Below the pieces are notes generated by a model. That model was not told the DNA's origin. It did not search any database and saw only the letters and a program-made list of their open reading frames with translations. From a bacterium (GTDB lineage Bacteria; UBA8248): a stretch of DNA of 64,000 nucleotides. A program made the translations under genes and the position numbers. Location of the stretch: contig OY843592.1 of the NCBI GenBank assembly GCA_963692865.2, forward strand, positions 512,001 through 576,000. The letters run 5' to 3'. Positions 58,546 to 64,000 of this stretch are shown piece after piece (the first letter of the stretch is position 1; every line of letters starts with the position of its first letter).

Positions 58546-59157
58546 AGCGGGTTCCGGGCGCGCTCTCGAAACCGGCCCCGGCGCCATTCCCTGGGCAGGC
58601 GCCGTTTCTTCGCCTTCGGCGAGGTATCCGGTTTCCCCATTTGACCAAATAGTCATTTTCTCCTATAATGCATCCTTGAAAACGGTTTCACAAAAAAAGC
58701 CGCTCCCATAATTTTAGATTGACGCACACATGGCAAAGCCGTTCGACCCATACAATCGTCCCCAATCCACTCTCGGATTGATTCACTCGATCCGGCGGAC
58801 GAAGTCCGGGCTGGTTGGCATACAATCCACGTTTTGGAAGAAAAGTGGGTTCCCGCCTATTCCAACTCTCAGAAGAGTCGTTTTGTATTCAGCGGGCAGC
58901 CCGAGAATCTACCATACGCGGATTGTATGCCGGGTAAAATAGTGGAGGATACAACCTGACTTGTCAAGAAAGAAATTGAGACTTTCGCGCAACCTTTTCC
59001 GTTTTTCGAGAAAAAACCGGGTATCGCCCGGGGAGGCGCGGAGCCGACAAAAGCCCTCGGCCCGACTCACCGAATGTCCCGCATCGTTTCCGTATTCGAG
59101 CGGCCTGCGTCCGGCCGCCCATTGCGCGCAGGGCCCGGGTTCCTCAAAAGCGCTCCC

Positions 59158-59595
59158 CTATTTCTGCGCCCAGTCGGGAATCTCCTCGCCCTCGGGGACG
59201 TACTGCACCAGCTCTATCGCGAGGCCGCCCGTGGTGGCCGCGTTCGTGAAGGTGATGACGCCGCCGCGCGACCCGTAGGTGGGCGCCAGGACGAACTCGA
59301 CCCCCTTGGCCTCCCACTCGGCCATCGTGGCCCTCAGGTCGTCGACGACGAAACAGATGTGGTGCAGACCCTCGCCGCGCGAGGCGATAAATTGATTTAG
59401 CGGCGCCTCGGGGTCGCTCATCTCCACGAGTTCCATCACCGCGCCCTCGGCCTCGTAGAAATCGAGCCGCGCGGTGTTGCCAGGCCGCTCATACACCCTT
59501 CTCTCCAGATACTGAAAACCCAGCAAGTCCTCCATCATGTTTTTCTTCTCGTCGAGATTGCGCACGGCGTAGCCCAGGTGATCCACTTTCGGCAT
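59158..59595 (-). CDS. VOC family protein, methylmalonyl-CoA epimerase-like
   Basis: VDHLGYAVRNLD, MELVE, RGEGLHHICFVVDD, GGLAIELVQ. ATG after AAGGAG. Confidence 0.88.
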   Translation of the reverse strand: MPKVDHLGYAVRNLDEKKNMMEDLLGFQYLERRVYERPGNTARLDFYEAEGAVMELVEMSDPEAPLNQFIASRGEGLHHICFVVDDLRATMAEWEAKGVEFVLAPTYGSRGGVITFTNAATTGGLAIELVQYVPEGEEIPDWAQK

Positions 59596-59773
59596 GTTTC
59601 GCTCCTTCGAATATGTATGGAACCGCATATGCAAAAAACCGCTCGCAGGCTACCGCGTCCCCGCGCCCGCGCGCAAATTTACCAGGGCGCAGGCGGCGCG
59701 TCCGGCGCGAGAAGCGTTCACCCCCGCGAACAATGCGCCTCGCGCCCGCCCGGCGGAGCAGCCGCCCCATCGG

Positions 59774-60136
59774 AGGGTTGTTGAAAAACCCCTCCTCGCT
59801 CGGTCGATTCCTCCCTCATCGGTCGGAACCGACCACCGCCGTCATTCTGGTGTCAGACCCGATTGATGAATGAGGGTTTGACGGAATCCATTTTCAAGCA
59901 GAATAACGATACCCCGGCATTTCATCTCCCCATCACCCGCGGGGATCAATCAGAAAACAAAAAAACAAAAGCAAAACAATGGATTCCGGCTTTCGCCGGA
60001 ATGACGAGCAAAACCGAACCGCCTCCAAAGGACAGGTCGCTACCTCGGACAGGCCAAAGGGCCTCTCCGCTACGCACCCCCTCCCCGGTTGTTTACATTC
60101 GCCGAATCACGGAATCAGGACTTTTTCAACAACCCC
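59774..60136. repeat. MITE-like element of about 360 bp
   Basis: GGGTTGTTGAAAAA...TTTTTCAACAACCC. Homologous to the 44803-45146 copy and flanked by the two halves of a GCCGCCCC/GGGGTGGC hairpin. Confidence 0.75.
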
Positions 60137-60212
60137 TTCGGGGTGGCCACCTGGAGGAGCGGTCTGTATACTCTGCCTCTTTTGCGCAACAAAGAGGATT
60201 CTCAAGAAGCGT

Positions 60213-61094
60213 ATGTCCACCATCACACCGCTTTTGAACATCGTCTTTCCGGTCATGGCGGTGATCGGCATCGGCTACTTCTACGGGCGGTGGAAACAGT
60301 TCGACCCCAAAGTGCTGGCCGAGCTCGTCCTGTTCCTGCTCGCCCCCGCCGTGATGTTCGACGCCCTCGCGCGCCAGCATATCGTGTGGGGCGAGTTGAT
60401 GAAGGCGGGCGTCTTCTCCACGCTCATCCAGGTCATCCCGGGCGGGGTCGCCCTTGCCGTCAAGCGCGCGGCGGGCATGACGAACCGATCCTTCGTGCCC
60501 AGCGTGATGCTCATGAACTCCGTCTCGCTGCCCTATCCCCTGGCGCTCCTTGCCTTCGGCGAAGAGGGCCTCGCCCAGACGGTGCTGCTCTCCATACCGA
60601 ACGTCTTCATCTCCTTCACGCTGGGGATCATGGCCTACGGCGGGAGCGCCGACGTCAGGGAGCCGCTCAAGATGCCCGCCCTCTACGCGGCGGTTGCGGG
60701 CATCGTCGTGGCGCTGGCGGCGATTCCCGTGCCCAAATTCATCCTGCGCTTCTCGCACCTGACCGGGCGCGGCATGTTCCCGGTGGAGCTCTTCACGCTG
60801 GGCTACCGGCTCCGCACCATCCGGGCGTCTGATTTCAGAATCAGCCTCCTCGTGGCGGCGCTCAGGTTCGGGCTCGGGTTCGCGCTCGCCTGGTCGCTCT
60901 CCGAGGCCTTCGCGCTCACCGGCGCGTTCCGCGCGTCGCTCTTCCTGATGTCGTGCAGCCCGCCCGCCGTGCTGAACTACATTTTCGCCGAGCGCTATTG
61001 CGATGAAGGCTCGCTGGCCGCCTCCATCGTGTTCACGGGCACGGCGCTGAGCCTCATCTTCATACCCCTGCTTCTGCTCTATCTGGGGGTGTAA
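60213..61094 (+). CDS. AEC (auxin efflux carrier) family transporter
   Basis: IVFPV..VIGIGY, MNSVSLPYPL...AFG, SPPAV...FAERY, ASIVFTGT.LS. Confidence 0.88.
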   Translation: MSTITPLLNIVFPVMAVIGIGYFYGRWKQFDPKVLAELVLFLLAPAVMFDALARQHIVWGELMKAGVFSTLIQVIPGGVALAVKRAAGMTNRSFVPSVMLMNSVSLPYPLALLAFGEEGLAQTVLLSIPNVFISFTLGIMAYGGSADVREPLKMPALYAAVAGIVVALAAIPVPKFILRFSHLTGRGMFPVELFTLGYRLRTIRASDFRISLLVAALRFGLGFALAWSLSEAFALTGAFRASLFLMSCSPPAVLNYIFAERYCDEGSLAASIVFTGTALSLIFIPLLLLYLGV

Positions 61095-61137
61095 TAAGGG
61101 CAGGGATTGTTGACGAACCACAGTCATGCAGCCGTTA

Positions 61138-61316
61138 GGGGGTTGTTGAAAAAGCCCCGTATGCGGTCCCTGTGCGCCCCCCGAATGACGACTGTAGGGG
61201 CGGGCCTCCGTGCCCGCCCGTCGGACATATTCACCCCGGAATAGGACAGGCACGGAGGCCTGTCCCTACAACGAACGATCTCGAAAATTCATGCAGAGAG
61301 TTTTGCAACAACCCCT
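61138..61316. repeat. MITE-like element with REP palindromes between converging genes
   Basis: GGGGTTGTTGAAAAA...TTTTGCAACAACCCC enclosing two GTAG-type hairpins. Confidence 0.72.
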
Positions 61317-61342
61317 CATCAGTCGCGTCGAACACTCAATCA

Positions 61343-62056
61343 TCAATCGCGTTCGACCCCCCGGCCGGCCTTTTCCTTGAGCCAAAGCCTCAAGGGATCC
61401 TGAAAATAGACCGCCGCCGCCCCGATGATCACCATGATCACCAGAAGCGCGACCACCATGCCGTATTGCTCCTCGTACATCCCCGCCCCCTGGATGCCGA
61501 GCATGATGGTACCGGGAATTCTCCCCAGACACGCGATGATCACGAACGTCAGGGTCTTGAGGGGGCTCAGTCCCAAGAGGTAGCACATGTAGTCCTTGGG
61601 AAAGCCGGGTATCGAGAAGAAGACGAAGGCGAGAAACGCGCCCCTGTTCGTGATGAGGAAATCGAACTTGTCCAGAATCCTGGGCGGGATGAGCTTTTCC
61701 ACGAAGGGACGCCCGAGCTTCCGCCCGATGCAGAACGCGAGGAAGCTGCCTATCGTCAGGCCGATGGTGCTCAAGATCGTCGCCGTGAGCGCGCCGTAGA
61801 CGTAGCCACCCAGAAAGCCCGTCAACTCCCCCGGTATGGGCGAGAAGACCACCTGGAACACCTGCACGCCGATGAACACGGCCGGACCCCATGGGCCGAA
61901 GGAGTAAATCCAGTCCCTGAATTTTTCCTTCTGGTGGTGGAGCTGCAGAAGATACGCCCAGGCGTCGTCTATCTGCCCCCAGAAGAGGTAGGCGAGCAAC
62001 GCCGCCGCCAGCAGGCACAGCGCCGCCGCCCACAGGATTTTCCCGTTGCCGTTCAA
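61343..62056 (-). CDS. TVP38/TMEM64 (DedA/VTT) family membrane protein
   Basis: QVVFSPIPGE...GGYVYG, IGRKLGR, IPGFPKD...Y..GLS, GRIPGT. Confidence 0.9.
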   Translation of the reverse strand: MNGNGKILWAAALCLLAAALLAYLFWGQIDDAWAYLLQLHHQKEKFRDWIYSFGPWGPAVFIGVQVFQVVFSPIPGELTGFLGGYVYGALTATILSTIGLTIGSFLAFCIGRKLGRPFVEKLIPPRILDKFDFLITNRGAFLAFVFFSIPGFPKDYMCYLLGLSPLKTLTFVIIACLGRIPGTIMLGIQGAGMYEEQYGMVVALLVIMVIIGAAAVYFQDPLRLWLKEKAGRGVERD

Positions 62057-62305
62057 CTGAGGCTTCCCTTTTGAGGGCGATCAAATACTTAAATCGACGC
62101 GAATCAATACATACCACCAAATCCTCCGCATGAGTAACAAAAAATCTCCTATCATTGCAATTGTTGACAAGAGAACCGCTCGCGTCCCAAGATCGGTGGT
62201 TCACGAGACATGCTTGGAATGATTGGAGAAAAGATGGCAGATGCCCGCCCGAACGCGCATAACGAGAACAGGGGCACAGACTCCGCGCACCCGGTGGAGC
62301 TTCGC

Positions 62306-63475
62306 ATGAGCGCGATGGAGCTTACGAGCGCCGCCAAGGAACGCGCTCTCGCGCACGGCTTCGACTTGGCCGCCGTCGCCCCGCCCGGCCTGGGCGAGGC
62401 GCACGGACGGTATCTCGAATGGATCGAACGCGGCTATGCGGGCGAGATGAGCTATCTGAGCAGAAACCCCTACGTGCGCGGCGACTTGCGCCGCCTCTGG
62501 CCGGAGACCCGCGCGGTACTGGTCGTCGCCATGCAGTACAAGCCCGAGCGCGAGACGCCTCATATGGAGGGAGGGGGAAAAATCGCGCGCTACGCCCACG
62601 GCGGGGATTACCACAAGTTCATGAAGAAAAGGCTCATCCGCGTCCTGCGCGACCTGAAGGAGATCGATCCGGGGGTTGAGGGCAGAAGCTACGTGGACAC
62701 CGGCCCCCTGCTCGAGCGCGACCTCGCCGTCCTGGCGGGCCTGGGCTGGAAAGGGAAGAACTCGCTGCTCCTCTCGCGCCGGCTCGGGAGTTATTTCTTC
62801 CTGGGCTGCCTTCTCCTGAACAGGGCGCTGGAAGCGGATGCGCCCTTTTATGAGGAGCACTGCGGCACGTGCACGCGCTGCATCGACGATTGTCCGACGG
62901 ACGCCATCGTCGCGCCCGGCGTGGTGGACGCGCGCCGCTGCATCTCCTATCTCACCATCGAACTCAGAGGCCCGATTCCCAGAGAGCTCCGCGCTCTCAT
63001 AGGCGCGCACATTTTCGGCTGCGACATCTGCCAGGAGGTCTGCCCTTGGAACGACGACGCGCCCCATGCGCGCGAGCCGAGGTTCGACCCCCGCCCGGCG
63101 GCGCTGGAGCCCAATCTGCACGAGTTCGCCGCAATGGACGAGAGGCGGTTCCAGAAGGCGTTTCGCGGCACGCCCGTCATGCGCGCGCGCTACGGGGGGT
63201 TTTTGAGAAACGTCATCGTCGCCATCGGCAACACGGGCGGTGACGAGAGCATCGAAATCCTCTCGCGCGCCCTCGAGCACCGAGAACCCCTGGCCCGCGG
63301 CCACGCCGCCTGGGCGCTCGCCCGGGTCGGCAAAAGAATACGCGACGAACGCCCGCGCCTGGCCCTCGAAGCCAGGCTGGAAGTCGAAAGAGACGCCTGG
63401 GTGCGCGAGGAGATCGAACTGGCCCTCGGCGAATGCTCATTGCTCTCGCTGCCAATAGTGGGATGGGAGGAGTGA
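62306..63475 (+). CDS. queG: epoxyqueuosine reductase
   Basis: IARYA.G.DYH, VDTGPLLER, GLGW.GKN, CGTCTRCIDDCPT, CISYLTIE, GCDICQEVCPWN, HEAT-like tail. The start is approximate. Confidence 0.95.
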   Translation: MSAMELTSAAKERALAHGFDLAAVAPPGLGEAHGRYLEWIERGYAGEMSYLSRNPYVRGDLRRLWPETRAVLVVAMQYKPERETPHMEGGGKIARYAHGGDYHKFMKKRLIRVLRDLKEIDPGVEGRSYVDTGPLLERDLAVLAGLGWKGKNSLLLSRRLGSYFFLGCLLLNRALEADAPFYEEHCGTCTRCIDDCPTDAIVAPGVVDARRCISYLTIELRGPIPRELRALIGAHIFGCDICQEVCPWNDDAPHAREPRFDPRPAALEPNLHEFAAMDERRFQKAFRGTPVMRARYGGFLRNVIVAIGNTGGDESIEILSRALEHREPLARGHAAWALARVGKRIRDERPRLALEARLEVERDAWVREEIELALGECSLLSLPIVGWEE

Positions 63476-63699
63476 GGAACAAGCAAGTCCGCTTGTAAAA
63501 ACTCTCCTCGGTCTGGTCCCTTCTCTCGACTTCTCCGTTTGGCGCGATGCGCTGTTGTCGAAATCTCGAACGGCCGGCCGGATTTCTTCCCTCTCCACCC
63601 CTCCCAACGTTCCGGCGTTCTCGCTCGTGTGCTAGAATCTTGGGCCTCTAACGACAACTCGGCAGTTGCAAACCGGTTCAGACACGATGGGAGCGCGCC

Positions 63700-64000
63700 A
63701 TGAAAACCGTATCCGTGAACGGAATCGATATCGCCTACCAGGAATCGGGGAGCGGGCCGCCGCTCCTGCTCCTGCACGGCTTTTCGCTGGATCACACCAT
63801 CTGGGCGCCGCAGGTCGAGACGCTGCAAAGAAGCTACCGGCTCCTGGTCCCCGACCTGCGCGGCATGGGGCGCACGCCGCATTCGGGCGGCCCCATATCG
63901 GTCGCGATGATGGCCGACGACATGGCGGCGTTCCTGGGCGCGCTCGACATAAACGCCGCCGCCGTGGCGGGGTTTTCGCTGGGCGGCTACATCCTCCTGG
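63700..64000 (+). CDS. alpha/beta fold hydrolase, 5' part (truncated by window edge)
   Basis: MKTVSVNGIDIAYQESGSGPPLLLLHGF...DLRGMG...GFSLGG. Confidence 0.88.
   Translation, partial: MKTVSVNGIDIAYQESGSGPPLLLLHGFSLDHTIWAPQVETLQRSYRLLVPDLRGMGRTPHSGGPISVAMMADDMAAFLGALDINAAAVAGFSLGGYILL

Overview
GC-rich bacterial chromosome segment that starts with the 5' end and promoter region of a 16S rRNA gene (minus strand). Most of the window is catabolic and transport genes: hydrolases, aminotransferases, a CoA-transferase, a hydantoinase/oxoprolinase pair, Liv-type and NitT/TauT-type ABC transporters, and Amt. A few housekeeping genes (gpmI, rimO, queG, csaA, S41 protease) are also present. The main hidden signal is three genes that the ORF track splits at an in-frame TGA. 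In each, the TGA sits in a redox motif and is followed by a SECIS-like hairpin, so these are probable selenoproteins. They are an AhpD-like CxxU protein paired with a Cys-less paralog, a UGSC-motif protein in an operon with a CoA-transferase, and a stand-alone GrdB/PrdB-like UxxC protein coupled to a maleylpyruvate-isomerase-family gene. Two of the three lie in one co-directional catabolic cluster (about 9.3-17.1 kb). Intergenic space is crowded with REP-like palindromes and MITE-like elements (TGTTGAAAAA...TTTTTCAACA ends) that appear to insert into other palindromes. Several lower-GC islets carry toxin-antitoxin or nuclease genes, some of them inactivated, and a 1.2 kb non-coding region holds tandem covarying hairpin units. 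No tRNA, CRISPR array, transposase or sel machinery gene is visible. All calls come from motif reading without database searches.
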